Of a stretch of 64,000 nucleotides of DNA, positions 11,742 to 25,148 are shown piece by piece; position 1 is the first letter of the stretch; each line of letters begins with the position of its first letter. Under the pieces are notes generated by a model that saw nothing but the letters and a program-made list of their open reading frames with translations, made no database searches and was not told the origin of the DNA. The stretch is taken from NCBI GenBank assembly GCA_032718475.1, contig JAUCBJ010009083.1, positions 1 through 64,000 on the forward strand, in the 5' to 3' direction. A program made the position numbers and the translations under genes. Source of the DNA: Nemertoderma westbladi (lineage: Eukaryota > Animalia > Xenacoelomorpha).

Positions 11742-14700
11742 CTGGTTCCTATAGTGTCACTGGTTCCGATAGTATATCACAGGTTCCTTTAGTGTCATTG
11801 GTTCCTATAGTATATCACAGGTTCCTTTAGTGTCATTGGTTCCTATAGTATATCACAGGTTCCTCCAGTGTCACTGGTTCCTATAGTACATCACAGGTTC
11901 CTCTAGTATCACTGGTTCCAATAGTATATCACAGGTTCCTTTAGTGTCATTGGTTCCTATAATATATCACAGGTTCCTTTAGTGTCATTGGTTCCTATAG
12001 TATATCACAGGTTCCTCTAGTATCATTGGTTCCTATTGGTTTCGATAGTATGTGACAGGTTCCTATAGTGTCACTGGTTTCGATAGTATATCACAGGTTC
12101 ATCTAGTATCATTGGCTCCTATAGTATATCACAGGTTCCTTTAGTGTCATTGGTTCCTCTAGTATATCACAGGTTCCTTTAGTGTCATTTGTTCCTATAG
12201 TATATCACAGGTTCCTATAGTGTCATTGGTTCCTATAGTATATCACCGGTTCCTATAGCATCATTGGTTCCTATAGTATATCACAGGTTCCTTTAGTGTC
12301 ATTGGTTCCTATAGTATATCACAGGTTCTTTTAGTGTCATTGGTTCCTATAGTATATCACAGGTTCTTATAGTATCATTGGTTCCTAGAGTATATCACAG
12401 GTTCCTATAGTGTCACTGGTTCCGATAGTATATCACCGGTTCCTATAGCATCATTGGTTCCTATAGTATTTCACAGGTTCCTTTAGTGTCATTGGTTCCT
12501 ATAGTATATCACAGGTTCCTATAGTGTCACTGGTTCCGATAGTATATCACCGGTTCCTATAGCATCATTGGTTCCTATAGTATATCACAGGTTCCTTTAG
12601 TGTCATTGGTTCCGATAGTTATCACAGGTTCCTATAATATGTCACGGGTTCCTATAGTGTCACTGGTTCCGATAGTATATCACAGGTTCCTATAGTGTCA
12701 CTGGTTCCGATAGTATATCACAGGTTCCTATAGTGTCACTGGTTCCTATAGTATATCACAGGTTCCTATAGTGTCACTGGTTCCTATAGTATATCACAGG
12801 TTCCTTTAGTATCATTGGTCCCTATAGTATATCACAGGTTCCTTTAGTGTCATTGGTTCCTATAGTATATAACAGGGTTCCTATAGTGTCACTGGTTCCG
12901 ATAGTATATCACAGGTTCCTATAGTATAATTGGTTCCAATAGTATATCACAGGTTCCTATAGTGTCACTGGTTCCGATAGTATATCACAGGTTCCTATAG
13001 CATCATTGGTTCCTATAGTATATCACAGGTTCCTTTAGTGTCAATGGTTCCTATAGTATATCACAGGTTCTTATAGTATCATTGGTTCCTAGAGTATATC
13101 ACAGGTTCCCCTAGTGCCACTGGTTCCGATAGTATATCACCGGTTCCTATAGCATCATTGGTTCCTATAGTATATCACAGGTTCCTTTAGTGTCATTGGT
13201 TCCTATAGTATATCACAGGTTCCTTTAGTGTCATTGGTTCCTATAGTATATCACAGGTTCTTATAGTATCATTGGTTCTTAGAGTATATCACAGGTTCCT
13301 ATAGTGTCACTGGTTCCGATAGTATATCACCGGTTCCTATAGCATCATTGGTTCCTATAGTATATCACAGGTTCCTTTAGTGTCATTGGTTCCTATAGTA
13401 TATCACAGGTTCCTATAGTGTCACTGGTTCCGATAGTATATCACCGGTTCCTATAGCATCATTGGTTCCTATAGTATATCACAGGTTCCTTTAGTGTCAT
13501 TGGTTCCGATAGTATATCACAGGTTCCTATAATATGTCACGGGTTCCTATAGTGTCACTGGTTCCGATAGTATATCACAGGTTCCTATAGTGTCACTGGT
13601 TCCGATAGTATATCACAGGTTCCTATAGTGTCACTGGTTCCTATAGTATATCACAGGTTCCTATAGTGTCACTGGTTCCTATAGTATATCACAGGTTCCT
13701 TTAGTATCATTGGTCCCTATAGTATATCACAGGTTCCTTTAGTGTCATTGGTTCCTATAGTATATAACAGGGTTCCTATAGTGTCACTGGTTCCGATAGT
13801 ATATCACAGGTTCCTATAGTGTCATTCGTTCCTATAGTATATCACAGGTTCCTCTAGTATCATTGGTTCCTATAGTATATCACAGGTTCCTTTAGTGTCA
13901 TTCGTTCCTATAGTATATCACAGGTTCCTATAGTGTCACTGGTTCCGATAGTATATCACAGGTTCCTCTAGTATCATTGGTTCCTATAGTATATCACAGG
14001 TTCCTTTAGTGTCATTGGTTCCTATAGTATATCACAGGTTCCTATAGTGTGACTGGTTCCGATAGTATATCACAGGTTCCTATAGTATAATTGGTTCCAA
14101 TAGTATATCACAGGTTCCTATAGTGTCACTGGTTCCGATAGTATATCACAGGTTCCTATAGCATCATTGGTTCCTATAGTATATCGCAGGTTCCTTTAGT
14201 GTCATTGGTTCCTATAGTATATCACAGGTTCCGTTAGTGTCATTGGTTCCTATAGTATATCACAGGTTCCTATAGTATAATTGGTTCCAATAGTATATCA
14301 CAGGTTCCTATAGTGTCATTGGTTCCAATAGTATATCACAGGTTCTTTTAGTGTCATTGGTTCCGATAGTATATCACAGGTTCTTTCAGTGTCATTGGTT
14401 CCTATAGTTTATCACAGGTTCCTCTAGTATCATTGGTTCCTATAGTATATCACAGGTTCCTTTAGTGTCATTGGTTCCTATAGTATATCACAGGTTCCTA
14501 TAGTATAATTGGTTCCAATAGTATATCACAGGTTCCTATAGTGTCATTGGTTCCAATAGTATATCACAGGTTCTTTTAGTGTCATTGGTTCCGATAGTAT
14601 ATCACAGGTTCTTTCAGTGTCATTGGTTCCGATAGTAATCACAGGTTCCTATAGTGTCATTGGTTCCAATAGTATATCACAGGTTCTTTTAGTGTCATTG

Positions 14701-17183
14701 GTTCCGATAGTATATCACAGGTTCTTTCAGTGTCATTGGTTCCTATAGTTTATCACAGGTTCCTCTAGTATCATTGGTTCCTATAGTATATCACAGGTTC
14801 CTTTAGTGTCATTGGTTCCTATAGTATATCACAGGTTCCTATAGTATAATTGGTTCCAATAGTATATCACAGGTTCCTATAGTGTCACTGGTTCCAATAG
14901 TATATCTCAGGTTCCTTTAGTGTCATTGGTTCCTATAGTATATCACAGGTTCCTCTAGTATCATTGGTTCCTATAGTATATCACAGGTTCCTCTTGTATC
15001 ATTGGTTCCTATAGTATATCACAGGTTCCTATAGTATATCACAGGTTCCTTTAGTGTCATTGGTTCCTATAGTATATCACAGGTTCCGTTAGTGTCATTG
15101 GTTCCTATAGTATATCACAGGTTCCTATAGTATAATTGGTTCCAATAGTATATCACAGGTTCCTATAGTGTCATTGGTTCCAATAGTATATCACAGGTTC
15201 TTTTAGTGTCATTGGTTCCGATAGTATATCACAGGTTCTTTCAGTGTCATTGGTTCCTATAGTTTATCACAGGTTCCTCTAGTATCATTGGTTCCTATAG
15301 TATATCACAGGTTCCTTTAGTGTCATTGGTTCCTATAGTATATCACAGGTTCCTTTAGTGTCATTGGTTCCTATAGTATATCACAGGTTCCGTTAGTGTC
15401 ATTGGTTCCTATAGTATATCACAGGTCCCTATAGTATAATTGGTTCCAATAGTATATCACAGGTTCCTATAGTGTCATTGGTTCCAATAGTATATCACAG
15501 GTTCTTTTAGTGTCATTGGTTCCGATAGTATATCACAGGTTCCGTTAGTGTCATTGGTTCCTATAGTATATCACAGGTTCCTATAGTATAATTGGTTCCA
15601 ATAGTATATCACAGGTTCCTATAGTGTCATTGGTTCCAATAGTATATCACAGGTTCTTTTAGTGTCATTGGTTCCGATAGTATATCACAGGTTCCTTTAG
15701 TGGTATTGGTTCCAATAGTATATCACAGGTTCCTATAGTGTCACTGGTTCCTATAGTATATCACAGGTTCCTTTAGTGTCATTGGTTCCTATAGTATATC
15801 ACAGGTTCCTATAGTATAATTGGTTCCAATAGTATATCACAGGTTCCTATAGTGTCATTGGTTCCAATAGTATATCACAGGTTCTTTTAGTGTCATTGGT
15901 TCCGATAGTATATCACAGGTTCTTTCAGTGTCATTGGTTCCTATAGTTTATCACAGGTTCCTCTAGTATCATTGGTTCCTATAGTATATCACAGGTTCCT
16001 TTAGTGTCATTGGTTCCTATAGTATATCACAGGTTCCTATAGTATAATTGGTTCCAATAGTATATCACAGGTTCCTATAGTGTCATTGGTTCCAATAGTA
16101 TATCACAGGTTCTTTTAGTGTCATTGGTTCCGATAGTATATCACAGGTTCTTTCAGTGTCATTGGTTCCTATAGTTTATCACAGGTTCCTTTAGTGTCAT
16201 TGGTTCCTATAGTATATCACAGGTTCCTATAGTATAATTGGTTCCAATAGTATATCACAGGTTCCTATAGTGTCATTGGTTCCAATAGTATATCACAGGT
16301 TCTTTTAGTGTCATTGGTTCCGATAGTATATCACAGGTTCTTTCAGTGTCATTGGTTCCTATAGTTTATCACAGGTTCCTCTAGTATCATTGGTTCCTAT
16401 AGTATATCACAGGTTCCTTTAGTGTCATTGGTTCCTATAGTATATCACAGGTTCCTATAGTATAATTGGTTCCAATAGTATATCACAGGTTCCTATAGTA
16501 TCATTGGTTCCTATAGTTTATCACAGGTTCCTTTAGTATCATTGGTTCCGATAGTATATCACAGGTTCCTATAGTGTCACTGGTTCCTATAGTATATCAC
16601 AGGTTCCTATAGTACATCACAGGTTCCTTTAGTGTCATTGGTTCCTATAGTATATCGTAGGTTCCTTTAGTGTCATTGGTTCCGATAGTATATCACAGGT
16701 TCCTATAGTGTCACTGGTTCCGATATTATATCACAGGTTCCTATAGTGTCACTGGTTCCAATAGTATATCACAGGTTCTTTTAGTGTCATTGGTTCCTAT
16801 AGTATATCACAGGTTCCTATAGTGTCACTGGTTCCGATATTATATCACAGGTTCCTATAGTGTCACTGGTTCCAATAGTATATCACAGGTTCTTTTAGGG
16901 TCATTGGTTCCGATAGTATATCACAGGTTCCGATAGTATATCACAGCTTCCGATAATATATCACAGGTTCCTTTAGTGTCATTGGTTCCGATAGTACATC
17001 ACAGGTTCTTTTAGTGTCATTGGTTCCGATAGTATATCACAGGTTCCTTTAGTGCCATTGGTTCCTATAGTTTATCACAGGTTCCTCTAGTGTCATTGGT
17101 TCCGATAGTATATCACAGGTTCCTATTGTGTCACTGGTTCCGATAGTATGTCACAGGTTCCTATAGTGCCATTGGTTCCTATA

Positions 17184-17721
17184 GGCTCAAACTCACAAAA
17201 AGTTCCCAAAAAAATTCCTTTTTTTGTAAAAAAAAAAAGTTTCCCAAAGTATGTAATATTATATATCACCAGAAGGCTCTCGATGCGCTGAATTCAATGG
17301 TGGTAATTTCCCAATAGCCCCGACCTCCTGGTAACAAATAATGAGAAAAACTGATGTCCATTCCTGTAACACTTGTCCAACAATGTAACGCCCGATATCA
17401 GCCAATCAGAGCCCTTGAATGGTGATTTCCGATGCCTGTAACAACTTGTCCCACCATGTAACACCAGTTGTAATTACAATGATATGTTAAATTAACATAG
17501 ATTTAGTCTCCGAGTGGGAGCTATGCAGCCATACCTGATCCCAGTAACACCTTCCAATAAAGCTTATTTGAAAATATAATCAATCATAATAAATCTTTAT
17601 GGTCCTTATTTCTCTTTATTACTTATTACTATGACTTTCTGTTTCCTATTAAGATTATAACTGTTATATATCACTATAGCAGAGCAGTTAGTCAAAACCT
17701 GTAAATTGTTCACCAGTTTCA
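17184..17721. other. non-tandem cassette inside the satellite, copy 2
   Basis: Matches 10239-10775 at offset 6945/6946. Confidence 0.9.
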
Positions 17722-18690
17722 TCTCCACCCTCCACAGATCATCCTGTACTTCATACTCCATCTCCCACACCCTCCACAGATCCTCCTGTACTTCCCACTC
17801 CGTCTCCCACACCCTCCACAGATCCTCCTGTACTTCCCACTCCGTCTCCCACACCCTCCACAGATCCTCCTGTACTTCCCACTCCGTCTCCCACACCCTC
17901 CACAGATCCCACTCCGTCTCCCACACCCTCCACAGATCCCCCATACCTCACACTCCGTCTCCCACACCCTTCGCGATCCGCCTGTACTTCCGTCTCCGTC
18001 TCCCACACCCTCCACAGATCCCCCCATACTTCCCACTCCGTCTCCCACACCCTCCACAGATCCCCCCCCCATACCTCCCACTCAATCTCCCACATCCTCC
18101 ACAGATCCTCCTGTACTTCCTACTCCGTCTCCCACACCCTCCACAGATCCTCCTGTACTTCCCATTCCGTCTCCCACACCCTCCACAGATCCTCCTGTAC
18201 TTCCCACTCCGTCTCCCACACTTTCCACAGATCCTCCTGTACTTCCCACTCCGTCTCCCACACCCTCTACAGATCCTCCTGTACTTCCCACTTCTTCCCC
18301 CACACCCTCCACAGATCCTCCTGTACTTCCCACTCCGTCTCCCACACCCTCCACAGATCCTACTGTACTTCCCACTCCGTCTCCAACACCCTCCACAGAT
18401 CCCCCCATACCTCCCACTCCGTCACCCACACCCTCCACAGACCCCCCCCCATACCTCCCACTCCGTCTCCCACACCCTCCGCAGATCCGCCTGTACTTCC
18501 GTCTCCGTCTCCCACACCCTCCGCAGATCCTCCTGTACTTCCCACTCCCTCTCCCACACCCTCCACAGATCCTCCTGTACTTCACACTCAGTCTCCCACA
18601 CCCTTCACAGATCCCCCCCCCCCCATACCACCCACTCCGTCTCCCACACCCTCCACAGATCTCCCCATACCTCCCACTCCGCCTCCCACT
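17722..18690. repeat. 42-bp C-rich minisatellite, copy 2
   Basis: Same order of unit variants as copy 1. The differences seen are C-run lengths. Confidence 0.95.
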
Positions 18691-21600
18691 CTGGTTCCTA
18701 TAGTGTCACTGGTTCCGATAGTATATCACAGGTTCCTTTAGTGTCATTGGTTCCTATAGTATATCACAGGTTCCTTTAGTGTCATTGGTTCCTATAGTAT
18801 ATCACAGGTTCCTCCAGTGTCACTGGTTCCTATAGTATATCACAGGTTCCTCTAGTATCACTGGTTCCAATAGTATATCACAGGTTCCTTTAGTGTCATT
18901 GGTTCCTATAATATATCACAGGTTCCTTTAGTGTTATTGGTTCCTATAGTATATCACAGGTTCCTCTAGTATCATTGGTTCCTATTGGTTTCGATAGTAT
19001 GTGACAGGTTCCTATAGTGTCACTGGTTTCGATAGTATATCACAGGTTCATCTAGTATCATTGGCTCCTATAGTATATCACAGGTTCCTTTAGTGTCATT
19101 GGTTCCTCTAGTATATCACAGGTTCCTTTAGTGTCATTTGTTCCTATAGTATATCACAGGTTCCTATAGTGTCACTGGTTCCTATAGTATATCACAGGTT
19201 CCTCTAGTATCATTGGTTCCTATAGTATATCACAGGTTCCTTTAGTGTCATTGGTTCCTATAGTATATCACAGGTTCCTCTAGTATCATTGGTTCCTATA
19301 GTATATCACAGGTTCCTTTAGTGTCATTGGTTCCTATAGTATATCACAGGTTCCTATAGTGTCACTGGTTCCTATAGTATATCACAGGTTCCTCTAGTAT
19401 CATTGGTTCCTATAGTATATCACAGGTTCCTTTAGTGTCATTGGTTCCTATAGTATATCACAGGTTCTTATAGTGTCATTGGTTCCTATAGTATATCACA
19501 GGTTCCTATAGTGTCACTGGTTCCGATAGCATATCACCGGTTCCTATAGTATCATTGGTTCCAATAGTATATCATAGGTTCTTTTAGTATCATTGGTTCC
19601 TATAGTATATCATAGGTTCCTTTAGTGTCATTGGTTCCGATAGTATATCACAGGTTCCTTTAGTGGCATTGGTTCCAATAGTAATCACAGGTTCCTCTAG
19701 TATCATTGGTTCTAATAGTATATAACAGGTTCCTCTAGTATCATTGGTTTCAAATGTATATCACAGGTTTCTATACTGTCACTGGTTGCGATAGTATATC
19801 ACAGGTTCCTATTGTATCATTGGTTCCTATAGTATATCACAGGTTCGTATAGTGTCACTGGTTCCGATAGTATATCACAGGTTCCTCTAGTATCATTGGT
19901 TCCTATAGTATATCACAGGTTCCTATAGTATCATTGGTTATAATAGTATATAACAGGTTCCTCTAGTATCATTGGTTTCAAATGTATATCACAGGTTTCT
20001 ATACTGTCACTGGTTCCGATAGTATATCACAGGTTCCTATTGTATCATTGGTTCCTATAGTATATCATAGGTTCCTTTAGTGTCATTGGTTCCGATAGCA
20101 TATCACCGGTTCCTATAGTATCATTGGTTTCAATAGTATATCACAGGTTCCTCTAGTATCATTGGTTCCTATAGTATATCATAGGTTCCTTTAGTGTCAT
20201 TGGTTCCGATAGTATATCACAGGTTCCTTTAGTGGCATTGGTTCCAATAGTAATCACAGGTTCCTCTAGTATCATTGGTTCTAATAGTATATAACAGGTT
20301 CCTCTAGTATCATTGGTTTCAAATGTATATCACAGGTTTCTATACTGTCACTGGTTGCGATAGTATATCACAGGTTCCTATTGTATCATTGGTTCCTATA
20401 GTATATCACAGGTTCGTATAGTGTCACTGGTTCCGATAGTATATCACAGGTTCCTCTAGTATCATTGGTTCCTATAGTATATCACAGGTTCCTATAGTAT
20501 CATTGGTTATAATAGTATATAACAGGTTCCTCTAGTATCATTGGTTTCAAATGTATATCACAGGTTTCTATACTGTCACTGGTTCCGATAGTATATCACA
20601 GGTTCCTATTGTATCATTGGTTCCTATAGTATATCATAGGTTCCTTTAGTGTCATTGGTTCCGATAGCATATCACCGGTTCCTATAGTATCATTGGTTTC
20701 AATAGTATATCACAGGTTCCTCTAGTATCATTGGTTCCTATAGTATATCATAGGTTCCTTTAGTGTCATTGGTTCCGATAGCATATCACCGGTTCCTATA
20801 GTATCATTGGTTTCAATAGTATATCACAGGTTCCTATTGTATCATTGGTTCCTATAGTATATCATAGGTTCCTTTAGTGTCATTGGTTCCGATAGCATAT
20901 CACCGGTTCCTATAGTATCATTGGTTTCAATAGTATATCATTGGTTCCTATAGTATATCATAGGTTCCTTTAGTGTCATTGGTTCCGATAGTATATCACA
21001 GGTTCCTGTAGTGGCATTGGTTCCAATAGTAATCACAGGTTCCTCTAGTATCATTGGTTTCAATTTCAAATGTATATCACAGGTTTCTATACTGTCACTG
21101 GTTCCGATAGTATATCACAGGTTCCTATTGTATCATTGATTCCTACAGTATATCACAGGTTCTTATAGTGACACTGGTTCCTAGTGTCACTTCTTCCTAT
21201 AGTGTCACTGGTTCCGATAGTATATCACATGTTCCTATTGTATCATTGGTTCCTATAGTATATAACAGGTTCCTATAGTGACACTGGTTCCTAGTGTCAC
21301 TTCTTCCTATAGTGTCATTGGTTCCTATAGTATATCACCGGTTCCTATAGTATCATTGGTTTCAATAGTATATCACTGATTCCTATAGTGTCACTGGTTC
21401 CGAAATTATGTCACATCTTTTTTTTTATCTTTTTTCGGACTGAACCTCTTTCCAATTTTTTCTCGTAATTATTCATTTCCCCTTTATTAAAATGATGAAA
21501 CTTCCTAAACTACTATCAACCGCGCCTATAATTACTATACTATTAAATATGGTTTATTCTAACTAACTGCAGCCAATTAATAAACAATACGCGAATTTAT

Positions 21601-22735
21601 AATGGTTCGCAGCATACCTTTGTGCCTAGGCCTAATGAATAGCATGCTAAATTACTCGTACGTAGCAAACCTTGTGTCTTCTCAATTAATAGCCACACGC
21701 ACATTTGCAAAAAATATTTGAGCAATAGACATAGGCCTACATCAGATATGCTATTAAAGAAGTCGGAAAGATAATAATTCCATCAGCTTATCTTATCGGC
21801 ATTAAATTTGGCTCCTTTTTCTCCATATTTTATGAGTTTTATGGTTCATTTTTTCCATGAATAAATGGGGGTTCAATTTTTGCAAAATTTGCCTTTGGAG
21901 GCCTGTGTCATTTGGTTCCAATAGAATGTCCAAAGAACGTAAAGTAAAGTTTCTAAGTAGCAAGGCTACAGTAGTCCCTTTAAATTTTAGAGCATTCGTG
22001 CCTAAATCAAAAATTTGGTACCCATGACCTCCGGAGAGATGTCAATTGAAAACAACGAATTTCACCATTACCTACGCCTAGATGGGACATGCCATTTTGC
22101 AGGCAGCTACCGTAAGCCTTCAGTACGCCTATGTGCTGCTAAGTGCGCTATCGAGAGAACTTCAGGAACTAAATTGGTAACAATGTAGTAGTTCCAGCCC
22201 TCGCAGGAGGATTTTAAGTAATAAAAAAAGGAGGAAAGGTATTTGATGTAATTAAAAAAAAGTAAAAAGGTACATCATTTTCATAAAATTTAATTACCCC
22301 ACTTAATTTAATTACCGTAATTACTCGAATAAGCTCCCTGTCTCTAATAAGCACCCCATCAAATAAACGCCCTCTCCGAACATCCTATTAGCAACTTAAC
22401 GCCCTACTGGAATAAACGCCACTTCGTTTATTAATATTATTATTATACTGTGTGTGGATATAACGGTGTACTAGTACTAGGCCCTATAGTACGTCAATAC
22501 ACCGCCCAGTATTCTATAGGTTGAATAGGCCTGACGATTACCATGTTGGTTAATCACTACGAAAGTGAAAGATTAATGGTTACCGGTACAAATTAAAATG
22601 CCAGTGTCAAATACTGTGTGTGGATTCATTATGTAATACTTATCATTATTAACATTCAAAATTCTGAAAATCGAGCGAACTTAAACGCCCCTCCCCGAAC
22701 CACAAAATTAGATACTTAAACGCCCTCTTCGAATA

Positions 22736-25148
22736 GGGTAACAGACGTTTCGGTCTAAGACGTTTTGGCCTAGGACGTTTCGGCCCAATGAATGAAATAC
22801 AAGATTTGCTTGTCGGACGTTTTGGCCCAAAGATTCACTTTACTCCCTTAAATAAGCTATTAATAATAAGTTATTCAATATATTTGTTTTGTAGTTGTTA
22901 CGTATTTTAACGTATTTTACGTATATACGTATTTTAAAATGTGAGTCAATAAATAAAGTACACGTTCGTGGGGCCTTCGCGCAGCACGAGGCCCAGTTAT
23001 GAGATACAAATTAAAATTGAGCGACTGTATCACAAAATCAGGTTTTGAGAAATTTACCCACACCACCAATCAATCAAAGAAAGGGGGACAGTACGTATTC
23101 ACCCCTTTTAATCCCCCCCCCCCCACCGTTCCCAACCACCAATACATAACCGCGACATCTACCACCCACGGAAGGGTAGCACGAACTTATTTCCAATCGC
23201 ACGTTCAATATGCAAAGCCAGGTGGTTTATAGGAATATAATAAACGCAGTACTCGTATTCATTATAAGCCTCGTTGCGTTCGTCCTGTTTTGTATTTAAA
23301 TATATTTCTTAAACGCAGGCTAGGACGTTCTTTATAATAATAATAACTAGGGATGCGATCAATATGTGAAGCCAGGTGGTTTATATAATAATTTAGTCAA
23401 CGCAGTACTCGTCTTCATTATATGCCTCGTTGCGCTCGTCGCTTGTCCTGTTTTGTTATAAAATATTTTTCCTAAACGCAGACTGACGATCTTTATACAG
23501 TTATAACTATGCGAAGTTTCGAAACTGTGCGAGTAACTGTTGATACATCTATGTGGATATGTGTGATATGTGGAGATGTGTGATACAACGCCAACGCATC
23601 TTATGCCGATGTAGTAATATGGGTATTGAAATAATATTAAATTAATGTACACTCTTAAAGCTGCAGCGAAAAAATGTAGCTAATTTCCTAGGTTACATAT
23701 AAAATAATAATATTATTTTTAAGAACATTAATTTTACTACTTTGCAAAAATTCAATTAAAAAATAACCAGACATATACATTGTGGAATAAACTATTTCAG
23801 AAGCCTACACAACAGCCATGCCATGGATAGTATTTATGTTATGATATCTGTCATTCACCTGAGATAGCAATACAACATTTATAGTGAATTTAAAGAATGC
23901 TGTCTGGGCTGGAATAGCAATACTGGTTGTCTATTACTATTCCTCTCTGGTTAGTCTTAGCAACAACTTCCAGCCAGCAGCAGAGACTTGACCAATAATC
24001 ATTCCCAGCAACTGGGAATGACACACACATCCCATCTATGTACCAGCATGTTGGCCAATAAATGAGCAGTATTTAATGAGAATAAATTTTTTTTGCCGTT
24101 TTAATTACTTTAGATCAATTAAAGACACAATTATTAAAGCAAATCACTTGAACTAATTAAAAACTATAATAGAATGGCGTATGGGGATTACATCTGTATA
24201 ATTTTTAATTATAATTATTTAAATCTTATACTGTAAAACAATTAATTTCCTTTAAAAGGCAGGTTGAAAATGGTGTTTTTACCGTAATAACTTAATTAAC
24301 TAATTAACTGCTATTATCTTAGCTTCTCGAAGGCCACACTGAAATTCTACTTGGAAAATTTCTAAACTTTTGCCAAACAACATGTGTACCAAGTTTGGAT
24401 AGATTTCATCAAAGATTGGCCGAGTTATTAACGTTTAAAATTGAACACGACAGAACGACAGGTTGATTAATGGTACCACTACGCTAAGGCTCACTCACTT
24501 CGTGGCTCGCCCCACATTAAAATACACCGAATTAAAATTATTGCTGTATTTTAATGTTGGTCTTAAAAATATAATAGATTAGAAATATTCCATTAAAGCA
24601 GCATTGCTAATAATTATGAGACAGACTGGATGTCATATGGAATGAGATAAAATATATGGGTATTAAATTTAAATTTAGAGGAAATATATGCGTCTTAAAA
24701 GGACCAGAGTGGATGTGAAGTGAAATAAAATATGTATTAATAAAAGCATTATACGTCGTTATCTATGGGTATAAATCACCTATCATCGAGATGAGAGTTA
24801 TTGTTTCAACAGATCATTAAGACATAGCTGCAATACACACTGTCCAGCTACAAGAATTATCAATTGAGTAATGTTTAAAATTAATGAAGTATCTCCAAAA
24901 TATATCGATCAGACGAGATTAAGCCCTACATGGTTCGTGAAATTGATATTGTTGTATTTATTTATTTATTCATTTATTGTGAAATAATTATAATTTTAAT
25001 GAATAATTATTATCATATCAAAAAAAGTTAGCCTTTTCATTCAGTTACAGTCATGGGCCGAAACGTCCGGGCCGAAACGTCCGGGCCGAAATGTCCGGGC
25101 CGAAACGTCCTGGACCGAAACGTCCTAGGCCGAAACGTCTGCATACCC
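22736..25148. mobile_element. non-autonomous DNA transposon with GGGTA...TACCC ends, tandem subterminal repeats and an 8-bp TSD
   Basis: TSD TTCGAATA at 22728-35 and 25149-56. GACGTTTCGGCC repeats at the left end and GGCCGAAACGTC repeats at the right end. Superfamily uncertain (MULE/Phantom- or Merlin-like). Confidence 0.85.
23200..23510. repeat. diverged tandem duplication of about 155 bp; a related copy lies at about 63375-63470
   Basis: AAGCCAGGTGGTTTATA...ACGCAGTACTCGT...GCCTCGTTGCG occurs twice here, and its core recurs near 63377. Confidence 0.75.

Larger units (their letters stand above)
7961..21415. repeat. satellite array with a 38-bp dimeric unit (GGTTCCTATAGTATATCACA + GGTTCCTTTAGTGTCATT), interrupted by an N-gap and two inserted cassettes
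   Basis: Hundreds of alternating 20- and 18-bp subunits. Both ends of the array are degenerate. Confidence 0.98.

Noticed and set aside
10660-11830. His/Ser-, Pro/Leu- or Gly/Val-rich ORFs (and their twins at 17606-18779)
   Set aside because: They are by-products of a stop-free 42-bp minisatellite. The frames differ between the two copies through C-run indels.
7961-21415. CRISPR-like regular repeat array
   Set aside because: There are no unique spacers and no cas genes, and the context is eukaryotic. It is a tandem satellite.
21990-22220. Coding-looking stretch after the satellite
   Set aside because: Only about 60 open codons, and no recognisable motif in any + frame I translated.
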